Assembly: GCA_903827975.1 (NCBI GenBank)
Contig: CAIKKG010000024.1
Span: 523-64,522 of the forward strand
Reading direction: 5' to 3'
DNA from: an uncultured bacterium
GTDB taxonomy: Bacteria; Patescibacteriota; Minisyncoccia; UBA6257; GWB1-50-10
DNA length: 64,000 nucleotides
Positions 39,637 through 49,154 of this stretch are shown piece by piece. Under the pieces are notes generated by a model. The model had not been told where the DNA came from. It made no database searches and saw nothing but the letters and a program-made list of their open reading frames with translations. The translations under genes and the position numbers were made by a program. How positions within the stretch are numbered: position 1 is the first letter of the stretch; the number at the start of each line of letters is the position of its first letter.

Positions 39637-39999
39637 ATGAAAAATCTAATAAAATATTCAGTACTTGGTCTTTCAATGTTTCCAGTATTAGCATCTGCTG
39701 CTAATGCAATAACTGGTGGTCCTACAAGTGCTGGTGATGTTTGGACTATAATCAATAATCTTTTGGGTTGGATGGTTGGTCTTTTCTTTTTGGCTGCGAC
39801 TGTTTTTATTCTTTTGGCCGGTTTCAAATATATGACTGCGGCTGGAGATGAGTCAAAGGTTACAGAAGCAAAAAACTATCTTACATATGCTGTAATAGGT
39901 ATTGCTGTTGGGCTTTTAGCATTTGCTATCCCAAATATTCTTGCCTCATTCCTAAAAGTTAATGTTCCGACTGGGGGTCCAGCTGGACAGGCCTTCTAA
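39637..39999 (+). CDS. TrbC/VirB2-like pilin
   Basis: ILLAGFKYMTAAGDESKVTEAKNYLTYAVIGIAV. Confidence 0.82.
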   Translation: MKNLIKYSVLGLSMFPVLASAANAITGGPTSAGDVWTIINNLLGWMVGLFFLAATVFILLAGFKYMTAAGDESKVTEAKNYLTYAVIGIAVGLLAFAIPNILASFLKVNVPTGGPAGQAF

Positions 40000-40085
40000 G
40001 TTATTTAACTAATTAAAAACCTCCGAGCTTTCATGTTTCGGAGGTTTTTGGTTTAATGAGTGGGTTAGCAGGTATTCGTATATAT

Positions 40086-40167
40086 GCTCCCGTGGCGGAA
40101 CTGGCATACGCGCATGGCTTAGGACCATGTCCCGCAAGGGTTGGAGGTTCAAATCCTCTCGGGAGCA
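40086..40167 (+). tRNA. tRNA-Leu(TAG)
   Basis: GCTCCCG/CGGGAGC acceptor stem, CATGG-CTTAGGA-CCATG, variable arm CCCGCAAGGG, GTTCAAATC. Confidence 0.95.
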
Positions 40168-40369
40168 CAAAGATAAAAACACCAATCTGGTGTTTTTAGT
40201 TTGTTTATTTAAACTATTTAGATTGGATTGTAAATTATTGACAAGCCTTTAAATTAGTGTTTTGCTCTAATTAATTCCTTGCCGCATGGCATAGGTGGTT
40301 ACTGAAAGGTAGCAACGGGGTCTTTCCTTTCCCTATCAAAAGGATGTTCTTTCCAATAGAAAGGGTCGT

Positions 40370-40663
40370 ATGACCAATACACCCATTCCCGCAATTCGCA
40401 TCTCCATCTCTAGCGGCCCCTCCCGCGAGGAGCTGTTCGATGCTCTTCGCCTGCGCCATGAGCACCGGCCCATCTTGGTCAAGGTCCACCCCTTGGACCA
40501 GAAGCCGATGGATATTAAGTTCATCGTGAACGGAATCGCCGTCGAGGATGGAAGCGGACAGAACTGGCTCATTGAGTTTTTGAACGTGCAGACCCACCAG
40601 ATCGTTCGCGGGTATTACAACTCGCGTACGCGCGCGGGTTGGCTCGACTTCCCTCGAGTGTAG
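40370..40663 (+). CDS. Hypothetical protein, GC-rich (orphan cassette next to tRNA-Leu)
   Basis: GPSREELFDAL...EDGSG...GYYNSRTRAG; SD GAAAGGG; boxA-like TGTTCTTTCCAA; terminator CCGCCCG-atatatt-CGGGCGGTTTTTTT. Confidence 0.75.
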   Translation: MTNTPIPAIRISISSGPSREELFDALRLRHEHRPILVKVHPLDQKPMDIKFIVNGIAVEDGSGQNWLIEFLNVQTHQIVRGYYNSRTRAGWLDFPRV

Positions 40664-40713
40664 TCATCACATCAATCGCCGCCCGATATATTCGGGCGGT
40701 TTTTTTATATAAA

Positions 40714-41604
40714 TTATTCCTCCTTCCTTCTAACTCCGTGAAATGCTTCGTGTACCTCATGAAGCTCTTTATTTGTAAGATGAGTATAGACCTGAGTTGT
40801 AGAAATATTTGCGTGACCCAGTAATTCCTGCACCGAGCGAAGATCTGCTCCATTAATTAATAGATCTGTTGCAAATGAGTGGCGTAACTCATGAGGATGA
40901 ACTCGCTTCGCAATCCCAGCCTTCCTCGCATATGTATCAACTAAACGCTGAACAGTTCTTGGAATTATTCTACCTAAAATCTTACCTGTTTTTGCAATAC
41001 TAACAAAAAGTGCCTCCTCAGCATCTGTTCGTTTTTCTAAATACTCTTTAATTGCTTTTTTTGAACTTGTAGAAAGAAACACAACACGAATCTTCTCTCC
41101 CTTTCCTCGAACAGAAAGCTCACCACGAGTTAGATCTATATAGCGTGGAAGATTGCATATCTCTGAGACTCGGAGCCCCGTTGAAAACAGAACCTCGAGT
41201 ACGGCCCTATCGCGAAGTGCACGAAGCGAGTCTCCTTCTGGTGCCGCAAGCAATCGTTCGAGCTCTTTATACTCCAAAACCTCTATATCTCTCCTTGCAA
41301 CCTTCGGTAGTTCTATTGTTTCTGGCGCTAGAGACTTTATTCCACGGCGCACAAGGTACTTTAAAAAATTGCGAAGTGAGATTACGTAGTAATTTTGCGT
41401 TATTTTTTTAATATTCTTGCGGGCTAGCGTAATGCGGAATGATCGCACAACCGAGTCTGTTATCTCGCCTGGAGTCTCAACACCAGTCTCCTTTAAAAAT
41501 ACCGTTAGGTAGTGCGAATAATTTTCACGCGTTTTAAGAGAACGGTTCTTTTCAATCTCAAGATAGTCCAAATACTCCTGAAAAAGCTTCTTAATCTCGC
41601 TCAT
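40714..41604 (-). CDS. xerD: XerC/XerD-family tyrosine recombinase
   Basis: LRDRAVLEVLFSTGLRVSE, GKGEK, HPHELRHSFAT, LLGHANISTTQVYTH; XerC and XerD cannot be told apart by eye. Confidence 0.85.
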   Translation of the reverse strand: MSEIKKLFQEYLDYLEIEKNRSLKTRENYSHYLTVFLKETGVETPGEITDSVVRSFRITLARKNIKKITQNYYVISLRNFLKYLVRRGIKSLAPETIELPKVARRDIEVLEYKELERLLAAPEGDSLRALRDRAVLEVLFSTGLRVSEICNLPRYIDLTRGELSVRGKGEKIRVVFLSTSSKKAIKEYLEKRTDAEEALFVSIAKTGKILGRIIPRTVQRLVDTYARKAGIAKRVHPHELRHSFATDLLINGADLRSVQELLGHANISTTQVYTHLTNKELHEVHEAFHGVRRKEE

Positions 41605-41703
41605 TACCCTTATTGTATCACAAGAATATTGTGCGACACATAATGTGCCTCGTGGTGGGCATTATTTTTGACAAATTTCTCTATTCATAGTAGGATTACG
41701 GAC

Positions 41704-41970
41704 ATGCTTACGAAGCGAAAGAAACAAACCGTAATCAAGGATTTTCAGACACACACAACCGATACCGGCTCTGCCGAGGTTCAGGTTGGGCTTTTGACGA
41801 AACAAATTAAGTCACTTGCTGATCACTTGAAGAAACACGCGAAGGACCACCACTCACGCCGTGGACTTCTTATGATGGTTGGTAAGCGTCGCAGATTCTT
41901 ACAGTATTTAAAGCGTGAGGACGTAAAAAAGTATGACAAGTTGGTCAAAAAACTCGATATCGAATCGTAA
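41704..41970 (+). CDS. rpsO: 30S ribosomal protein uS15
   Basis: [29 protein letters not shown]. Confidence 0.97.
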   Translation: MLTKRKKQTVIKDFQTHTTDTGSAEVQVGLLTKQIKSLADHLKKHAKDHHSRRGLLMMVGKRRRFLQYLKREDVKKYDKLVKKLDIES

Positions 41971-42568
41971 CTCAAGAACGGTTAGCCCTGTAAAGAGCGG
42001 ACCTGTTCAGCGAGTACCCTTACAAAAACAACCTCAGGTTGTAAAAAAAGAAATCCCAAGCGCCTACAAAAATCAGCGTGTTGGGATTTTTTTAGATATT
42101 CAGAACATATACCACTCTGCAAAACACCTTTTCAACTCTCGAATTAATTTTCAAGAGCTTGTAAAAGCCTTGGTAAAAGAGCGTGTGCTCGTAAGAGCAG
42201 TTGCGTATGTTGTGAAAAGTGAGACCGCGGCAGGTGAAGAATCGTTCTTTGACGCTCTTAGAAAGACTGGATTCGAACTTCGTTCAAAGGACTTGCAGAT
42301 TTATCCAGATGGTTCCAAAAAAGCCGATTGGGATATCGGAATGGCAATTGATGCCGTACGTATGTCGAGCTCACTCGACACGATAATCCTTGTAACTGGG
42401 GATGGTGACTTTATTCCGCTAGTTGAATATTTGAAAGTTGGGCTTGGAAAGCATGTAGAGGTTGCTGGGTTCTCCAAAACATCCTCTGGAAAGCTAAAAG
42501 AGGTTGCTGAACCATTCATAGAGATAGAAAAGATTCCAAAAATTCTTATGGGTATAAGGAATCGATAA
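41933..42568 (+). CDS. NYN-domain (LabA/DUF88) PIN-like nuclease
   Basis: [33 protein letters not shown]; start uncertain because it overlaps rpsO. Confidence 0.88.
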   Translation: MTSWSKNSISNRNSRTVSPVKSGPVQRVPLQKQPQVVKKEIPSAYKNQRVGIFLDIQNIYHSAKHLFNSRINFQELVKALVKERVLVRAVAYVVKSETAAGEESFFDALRKTGFELRSKDLQIYPDGSKKADWDIGMAIDAVRMSSSLDTIILVTGDGDFIPLVEYLKVGLGKHVEVAGFSKTSSGKLKEVAEPFIEIEKIPKILMGIRNR

Positions 42569-42716
42569 TACAAAATAAAAACTGCCGCATTGGCGGTTTT
42601 TTGATTTTTGTGTCCTGGTCTGGCAAAAAAATTAGATACAAGGTACGATAAGCTGGTAAATAAAAAGGCGAAAAAATAAAAATAAGTCCTGTTTGACATA
42701 ACGGGGCACAAACAAA

Positions 42717-44783
42717 ATGAATTTAAATAGAAAAAAGTTTGAGACAGTTTTAGGAGATGCTAAGTTGCAGGTTGAGGTTTCTGAGCTAGCCCATCAGGCG
42801 AACTCAGCAGTTTTGGTATCACACGGAGATACGGTTGTTCTTGCGGCCACAGTTATGGGTCACAAAGAGACCTCGTTAGATTATTTTCCGCTTACTGTGG
42901 ATTTCGAGGAGCGTTTTTATGCAGTTGGAAAAATCTTGGGAAGCAGATTCGTACGCAGAGAAAATAGACCGACTGAGAACGCTATTCTCTCAGGAAGGTT
43001 GATAGATAGAACTATCCGCCCTCTTTTTGATCAGCGCTTACGCCGTGAGGTTCAGGTAATTCTCACAATTATTTCATACGATGGTATTCATAGTCCTGAT
43101 GTGGTTGCATTGTTTGCGGCATCAGTCGCTCTCGGTATTTCTGACATCCCTTGGGGTGGTCCAGTTGCTGGCGTACGCACAAGCGTTACGGAATCAGCCG
43201 ACGGAAAAACATACGCATCATTTTTTGCAGGAACAGAGTCATTCATTAACATGATTGAGCTCGAAGGAAAGGAGGTTTCTGAAAAAGTTGCAACAGATGT
43301 TTTTGTGTCCTCACAAGAAACAATTAAACAACTTGTCTCATTCCAGAAAAATATAATTACAGAGATTGGAAAAAAGAAGCAGGATGTATTAGAGCCTGAG
43401 ACAACTCCAGCTGTAAAAGAATTATTTACACGCTTCTTGGATGGAAAATTGGAAGGTGCGTTGAAAAATGACACACTCTATCCACTTAAGGAAGAGTTGT
43501 TTGAATATTTAAAAACTACAGAAAATGCGGAAGCTGCATTAAGGCATGGCGAGCACATATTCGAGACGGTTGTCGATGAGTTTGTTCACACATATGCATT
43601 AAAAGAAGGTAAGCGTGTTGATGGAAGAGGATTCGATGAAGTTCGCGATTTATATGCTGAGGTTCATATGTTTGAGCGCCTTCACGGCTCGGCAGTATTT
43701 ATGCGTGGCGACACCCAGGTATTTGCAGCAACAACACTTGGCTCTCCTGCAGATGAGCAACTAACAGAAGATATTAGTGGTGTAACAAAAAAGCGTTTTA
43801 TGCTCCACTACAACTTCCCAAGTTTCTCAACTGGTGAGACTGGCCGTTCACGTGGCCCAGGAAGACGAGAGATAGGACATGGTGCACTCGCACACAAAGC
43901 AATTTCGCAGGTGATCCCAGACAAGGAAGAATTTCCATATACAATTCGCGTTGTTGCGGAAACTCTCTCATCGAATGGTTCATCATCACAGGCAACAATC
44001 TGCTCAACATCACTTTCACTTATGGATGCTGGTGTGCCGATTAAGAAACCTGTTGCTGGAATTGCAATTGGGCTTATGACTGGAGAAGATGGAAATTATA
44101 AAATATTAACAGATATACAGGGTCCAGAGGATCACTATGGTGATATGGATTTCAAAGTTGCGGGAACAGATGCTGGTGTCCTAGCAATTCAGATGGATGT
44201 AAAAATCGGTGGAATCTCAAAAGAAATATTTATTGAGGCTTTGAAAGCTGGTGAGAAGGCACGTATGACAATACTTAGTGTTATGAATAAAACACTTTCT
44301 GCGAGCAGAGAGTCAGTATCAAAATATGCACCATTAATTCTTAAGATTTCAATTCACCCAAGCCAGATTGGTTTGGTTATTGGCCCTGGTGGAAAAATGA
44401 TTAACGGAATTATTGCTGATTGCGGTGGCGACATCTCAATCGATATTGATGAGGACGGCACAGTATTTGTATCAGGTGCTGACTCAGCAATGGTTAAGAA
44501 GGCACTTAGCACAGTGCAGGCGCTTGTACATGAATACAGCGTTGGTGATGTTGTAACCGGACCGATTATTAAGCTTCTTGAGTTTGGAGCTATTGTTGAT
44601 CTTGGTGGAGGACAGGATGGAATGATACACGTATCAGAATTAAAAGATGGATTTGTTAAGAAGGTTGAGGATGTTGTTCATCTTGGTGAGGTGGTAACCG
44701 CAAAAATTGTACGCTCTGAAAATGGAAAGATTGGTCTTTCATTAAAAGCGCTCGCACCAAAACAAGAAGAACCAAAACAGTAA
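42717..44783 (+). CDS. pnp: Polyribonucleotide nucleotidyltransferase
   Basis: FPLTVDF, RLIDRTIRPLF, RREIGHGALA, SNGSSS, GDMDFKVAG, KH and S1 domains. Confidence 0.97.
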   Translation: MNLNRKKFETVLGDAKLQVEVSELAHQANSAVLVSHGDTVVLAATVMGHKETSLDYFPLTVDFEERFYAVGKILGSRFVRRENRPTENAILSGRLIDRTIRPLFDQRLRREVQVILTIISYDGIHSPDVVALFAASVALGISDIPWGGPVAGVRTSVTESADGKTYASFFAGTESFINMIELEGKEVSEKVATDVFVSSQETIKQLVSFQKNIITEIGKKKQDVLEPETTPAVKELFTRFLDGKLEGALKNDTLYPLKEELFEYLKTTENAEAALRHGEHIFETVVDEFVHTYALKEGKRVDGRGFDEVRDLYAEVHMFERLHGSAVFMRGDTQVFAATTLGSPADEQLTEDISGVTKKRFMLHYNFPSFSTGETGRSRGPGRREIGHGALAHKAISQVIPDKEEFPYTIRVVAETLSSNGSSSQATICSTSLSLMDAGVPIKKPVAGIAIGLMTGEDGNYKILTDIQGPEDHYGDMDFKVAGTDAGVLAIQMDVKIGGISKEIFIEALKAGEKARMTILSVMNKTLSASRESVSKYAPLILKISIHPSQIGLVIGPGGKMINGIIADCGGDISIDIDEDGTVFVSGADSAMVKKALSTVQALVHEYSVGDVVTGPIIKLLEFGAIVDLGGGQDGMIHVSELKDGFVKKVEDVVHLGEVVTAKIVRSENGKIGLSLKALAPKQEEPKQ

Positions 44784-44855
44784 TTCACTCACAAAAAAAC
44801 CGCGCTTGCGCGGTTTTTTGTTGTCCACATTTTTGTATGGTGTATAATAAAACAA

Positions 44856-45953
44856 ATGACAGACTTTCAACCACAACAGGGTCAAAATTGGTCGGACAAA
44901 AACCCTATGATCGGAACAGGAGAAGGAGAGGTACCACTAGCTAATACACCATTAGCAGAAGCGACAATGAGGACAATGTCCTCTGATGTTGCTTCTATAA
45001 AAGAGAGTGGTGGTGGAGAACCAAAACCATATAACCCGCAGGCAGAGAGCTTGCAACCAATGCAGTCGTTTTCTGAGGTTCCAATTCCTCAACCCGAGAT
45101 TGGTGGGGTTGCGCCAATGGCCCCACAACAGGAATACATCGCTCCAAAACCAAAGATGAATATGTACGTAATCATCGTTGGAATATTAGTTGCGGTTGTA
45201 GTTATTGTACTTGGTTATTTCTTTGTATACCCACTTCTTTCTCCATCTGTACAAACCCCACCAGCTCAGCAAGTTGTTCCAAACCCTGAAGCACAGGTAC
45301 CAGCAGCTGGTGAGCCGCTTCCACCAAATCCTTCTGAGACAACTACAACAAGTGCTGTTGTGCCACCAGAGGCTCCGGCAACTGGACCAGCAACCGTTGT
45401 AATGCATTCTTCTTTATTTAAAACATCTGCTGATGCATCATCAGAAGTAACACTCGCGTCACTAGCGCTTCCTGAAGTTAAGAAAGCAATACAGTCAGGT
45501 CCAGTCGAGGTTCCGATTTTTAAGGAGATTGTCTTTAAAAACGATACTGGAAAAGTTTATGCGGCGTCATCAATACTTTCCGTTTTCATTCCAAGCGTCT
45601 TTACTGAAAATGTAAGCTCTTTGTTTGAAAAAGACTTTTCTTTCTTTACCTATGTTGATAAGACGGACGTCTGGCCAGGCGTTGTTCTAAAACTAGCAGT
45701 TGGTGCGGATATTACGGCAGCTAAGGCTGAAATTGCAAAGTTAGAAATTAACAATGAGATTGGATCGCTATTCTTTTCTCAGCCAGGAACAGCGAGTGTT
45801 TGGAAGGATGGTAAGGTTGGATCATTCGCTGGACGCTATATTCCTTTCTCAACAAAAGGTTTTGCCTTCAACTACGCATGGGTTAATGATTATCTAATTC
45901 TTAGTACTAGTTATGTTGGAGAGCAGGCAGCTGTAAAAAACCTTGGGTTTTAA
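44856..45953 (+). CDS. Hypothetical membrane protein with Pro-rich linkers
   Basis: 365 aa, MRTMSSD motif, central TM helix; TATAAT just before ATG. Confidence 0.7.
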   Translation: MTDFQPQQGQNWSDKNPMIGTGEGEVPLANTPLAEATMRTMSSDVASIKESGGGEPKPYNPQAESLQPMQSFSEVPIPQPEIGGVAPMAPQQEYIAPKPKMNMYVIIVGILVAVVVIVLGYFFVYPLLSPSVQTPPAQQVVPNPEAQVPAAGEPLPPNPSETTTTSAVVPPEAPATGPATVVMHSSLFKTSADASSEVTLASLALPEVKKAIQSGPVEVPIFKEIVFKNDTGKVYAASSILSVFIPSVFTENVSSLFEKDFSFFTYVDKTDVWPGVVLKLAVGADITAAKAEIAKLEINNEIGSLFFSQPGTASVWKDGKVGSFAGRYIPFSTKGFAFNYAWVNDYLILSTSYVGEQAAVKNLGF

Positions 45954-46126
45954 TTAATCCGAAATAACTATCAGCTAAAAACCGCCGCGACTATGAAAGA
46001 CTCATAGCTCTCGGTGGTTTTTTTATGCGAGCTCATTTAATAAATCAAATGATTTTTTAATGCAATGTGCTAAAATGATTCTGTCGTAGTTTGACAACGT
46101 CGCCACACTAAACTATTTTTTAAAAT

Positions 46127-46453
46127 ATGATTACAAAGGAAGAGTTTGAGATGCTCAAAGAAAAATTACTCGAGGATAAGATTAAACTTTCTGGGGAACT
46201 AGAAGATCCTCACGTCAGTTTTGGAAGTGATGTTGATGCCTTTGATGAGGAGACTGATGAGGCTGAGGAGTTTGCAAATAGACTTGGCATTCAGGTAACA
46301 CTTAAAGAGCGCCTTCGTGAGGTGAATAGTGCGCTTGAGAGAATGGCTGTTAATGAGTATGGAACTTGCGAAGAGTGTCATAACCCAATCTCACTCGAAG
46401 TTCTTTCGGCGGAACCAGAGTCGCGCCTCTGCAAGTCTTGCAAAATAAAATAA
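46127..46453 (+). CDS. DksA/TraR C4 zinc-finger protein
   Basis: Coiled coil with acidic tip (EETDEA), YGTCEEC...PESRLCKSC. Confidence 0.85.
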   Translation: MITKEEFEMLKEKLLEDKIKLSGELEDPHVSFGSDVDAFDEETDEAEEFANRLGIQVTLKERLREVNSALERMAVNEYGTCEECHNPISLEVLSAEPESRLCKSCKIK

Positions 46454-47997
46454 TGATTAGTTCCGTTCCGAAACTTTTCTCGGCGGAACTTGAGGGTATT
46501 GATGCTGATCTTATTGAGGTGGAGGCTGACTTAAATGTTGGCCTCCATTCTTTTAATATTGTTGGGCTTGCGGACAAGGCTGTTAGCGAAGCTAAAGAGC
46601 GCGTTAATTCCGCTCTCAAAAATTCTGGAGTTAAACCACCAACGAGAGAAAACAGAAAGATAACAATAAATCTTGCGCCGGCGGATACTAAAAAAGCTGG
46701 CGCTCGTTTTGATCTTCCAATTGCAATTGCATACATGTTAGCGAGTAACCAGTTAAAAACTTTTGCGACTGATGATAAATTGTTTGTAGGTGAACTTTCT
46801 CTTGATGGGTCATTACGCACAATTAGTGGCGCATTAAACATTGCGCTACTTGCGAGAGCGCGCGGAATTAAACAACTATTCCTTCCGGCTCAGAACGCTT
46901 CTGAGGCTGCTGTTATAGAGGAGGTTGAGATTATTCCAGTAAGGTCTGTTAAACAACTAGTTGATCACTTGGAGGGTGTTCTGAAAATAGAACCACAGCC
47001 AGTCACGAAATTTGTTCCTGGTTATTCTCAATCACAAGTTGCACTTAGAGATGTTCGTGGACATGTCGCTGCAAAACGTGCACTTGCGATTTCGGCGGCT
47101 GGCGGACACAACATCCTTATGTCAGGACCGCCTGGCACGGGCAAGACGATGCTTGCGCAAGCAATCCCATCAATACTTCCACTTCCATCACTTGAAGAGA
47201 GTATTGAGATTACAAAGATTTATAGTGCTGCGGGCCTTACACAACGCGCATCTTTTATTGAGTGGCGACCTTTTCGCGCACCGCACCATAGTGCGTCACT
47301 TGTTTCTATTCTTGGTGGTGGAGCAAATCCGCGCCCTGGAGAAATAAGTCTATCTCATAGAGGTGTTTTATTTTTAGATGAGCTTCCTGAGTTTCACCGT
47401 GACATTTTGGAAGGTCTTCGTCAGCCATTAGAAGATGGTAGGGTACACATAGCTCGCGCAAAAAAGACATTAGTATTTCCAGCGCGCTTTATTCTAGCCG
47501 CCGCAATGAATCCATGTCCGTGTGGTCATTTTGAGTCAGGTGATAAGGAGTGTAAGTGTAGCGCTCATGAAATACTTCGTTACCAGAAAAAACTCTCTGG
47601 CCCATTACTTGATAGATTTGATATTCAGATTGAGGTTAAAAAAATTCCGATAGAGGATTTGCAAAAACCTCGCGAAAAAAATGAGGGAGATGATGAGGAA
47701 AAAATGAAGTGTCAGATTGAGACTGCTAGAAGAATGCAGATTTTTAGATTTAAAGACACCTTCCCGCGAATACATTCTAATGCTGAGATGAGTTCTCGTC
47801 AGACTGAAAAATTTGTATTATCTGATTCTGGTGCTGAGGAATTTTTAAAAATGATTTTAGAAAAACAAGTTCTATCAACGCGAGGGTATTATCGCGTCCT
47901 AAAAGTTGGTAGGACAATTGCAGATCTTGCTGGTTCTGAATGTGTAAAAAAAGAACACCTTGCAGAGGCGTTCCAATATCGCTTAAGAGAGATTTAG
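46453..47997 (+). CDS. comM: YifB/ComM Mg-chelatase-like AAA ATPase
   Basis: [59 protein letters not shown]. Confidence 0.93.
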   Translation: MISSVPKLFSAELEGIDADLIEVEADLNVGLHSFNIVGLADKAVSEAKERVNSALKNSGVKPPTRENRKITINLAPADTKKAGARFDLPIAIAYMLASNQLKTFATDDKLFVGELSLDGSLRTISGALNIALLARARGIKQLFLPAQNASEAAVIEEVEIIPVRSVKQLVDHLEGVLKIEPQPVTKFVPGYSQSQVALRDVRGHVAAKRALAISAAGGHNILMSGPPGTGKTMLAQAIPSILPLPSLEESIEITKIYSAAGLTQRASFIEWRPFRAPHHSASLVSILGGGANPRPGEISLSHRGVLFLDELPEFHRDILEGLRQPLEDGRVHIARAKKTLVFPARFILAAAMNPCPCGHFESGDKECKCSAHEILRYQKKLSGPLLDRFDIQIEVKKIPIEDLQKPREKNEGDDEEKMKCQIETARRMQIFRFKDTFPRIHSNAEMSSRQTEKFVLSDSGAEEFLKMILEKQVLSTRGYYRVLKVGRTIADLAGSECVKKEHLAEAFQYRLREI

Positions 47998-47998
47998 C

Positions 47999-49069
47999 TT
48001 ACTTATTAGCAAAAGGATTTTTTACTCCTAAAACTTCGAAATGAAGATGGCACCCAGTAGGGCCGTCTGCATTCCCTGTACTTCCAACCAATCCAATCTG
48101 CTCTCCCTGAGTTACTGAATCACCAACCTTCACAAGCGCCTTGCTAAGGTGTGCATAGCGAGTCCTAACTCCGTTTGAGTGTTCAATAAGAACAAATAAT
48201 CCGTATCCATTATTCCATCCAGTAGAGCCATCGCTCTTAAGTGTACTGTCCTCTATTACCATTCCTCCTGCTGATGCCTTCACTGCAATGCCACACTTAT
48301 TTCCGATATCAACCGCGTTTACATCATGCAGCTCTCCAAAATTCATACCAGCAAGTGGAAGTGTAAAGAAATTTTTTAATTCCTGGAGTTTCGCGGTTGT
48401 CTGCTCTGCTGATATTTTAGCCGTTGGTTTTACAGCTGGTAATATCAGAGAACCACTTCCATCTGCCATGATTTTCTGGTAATTAGGGTTATATCTCTTT
48501 ATTGAGTCGATCTCTGTTGAATACTTCTTTGCTACACCCTCTAAAATATCACCCTCTTTTACGGTGTATAGCACACCAGACACTGGAAGTATTGATAATA
48601 CTTGGCCAACTTTTACAGCTTTTATACCACCATTCGCGAACTTTATTGTATCTGCTGAAATATTAAATTTTATTGCGATTTTTGCGATTGTGTCTCCTTT
48701 CTTCACCTTATACTGCTTAATGCCATTTTCTGATGCAGAAAAATCTGGCGTCGGATTTGATGTGGCAATTGCGGTAGCGCTCTCATTATCAACAAAAACC
48801 CTCCTTAGGTCAGTTGTATATGTCGGGGACACACCTAACCCAGACTGTAAAGATGGGTCGGCCTCTATTGAGATTGGGCCACCCTTATTTCCGAAATTAA
48901 GCTCTTCGTGAGCATAATAAAAAACCGCATTTGTGTGCGATAAAGGCATGAGATTCAGAATAAGCATGGTGGTCACGAAAATTAACGACCATATATTGGT
49001 CGTTTTTGATATCTCCTTTATTAGTGGTTCTATTTTCCTGACTATCAATTGTATTTTAGGAATAAACAC
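47999..49069 (-). CDS. LysM x2 plus M23 peptidase
   Basis: YKVKKGDTI, YTVKEGD, HDVNAVD, NGYG, YAHL, GSTG, HLHFEV. Confidence 0.9.
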   Translation of the reverse strand: MFIPKIQLIVRKIEPLIKEISKTTNIWSLIFVTTMLILNLMPLSHTNAVFYYAHEELNFGNKGGPISIEADPSLQSGLGVSPTYTTDLRRVFVDNESATAIATSNPTPDFSASENGIKQYKVKKGDTIAKIAIKFNISADTIKFANGGIKAVKVGQVLSILPVSGVLYTVKEGDILEGVAKKYSTEIDSIKRYNPNYQKIMADGSGSLILPAVKPTAKISAEQTTAKLQELKNFFTLPLAGMNFGELHDVNAVDIGNKCGIAVKASAGGMVIEDSTLKSDGSTGWNNGYGLFVLIEHSNGVRTRYAHLSKALVKVGDSVTQGEQIGLVGSTGNADGPTGCHLHFEVLGVKNPFANK

Positions 49070-49154
49070 ATTCTAGCAAATTCGGGTCTTTTTTTCAATT
49101 TAGTTGATGCTTAATGCGGAGCCCTGTGATAGAATAAAATTAGATATAAAGAAT

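Noticed and set aside
40086-41604. Integrative element formed by tRNA-Leu plus the tyrosine recombinase
   Set aside because: The recombinase looks like a housekeeping XerC/D, and no duplicated tRNA 3' end (att) was seen.
41605-41665. dif site next to the xer gene (GTGCGACACATAATGTG)
   Set aside because: Only a partial resemblance to one arm; no TTATGTTAAA-like XerD arm at 6-bp spacing.
42650-42658. Fourth copy of the AAGCTGGTA box upstream of pnp
   Set aside because: Only 9 nt match and no associated palindrome; compatible with chance.
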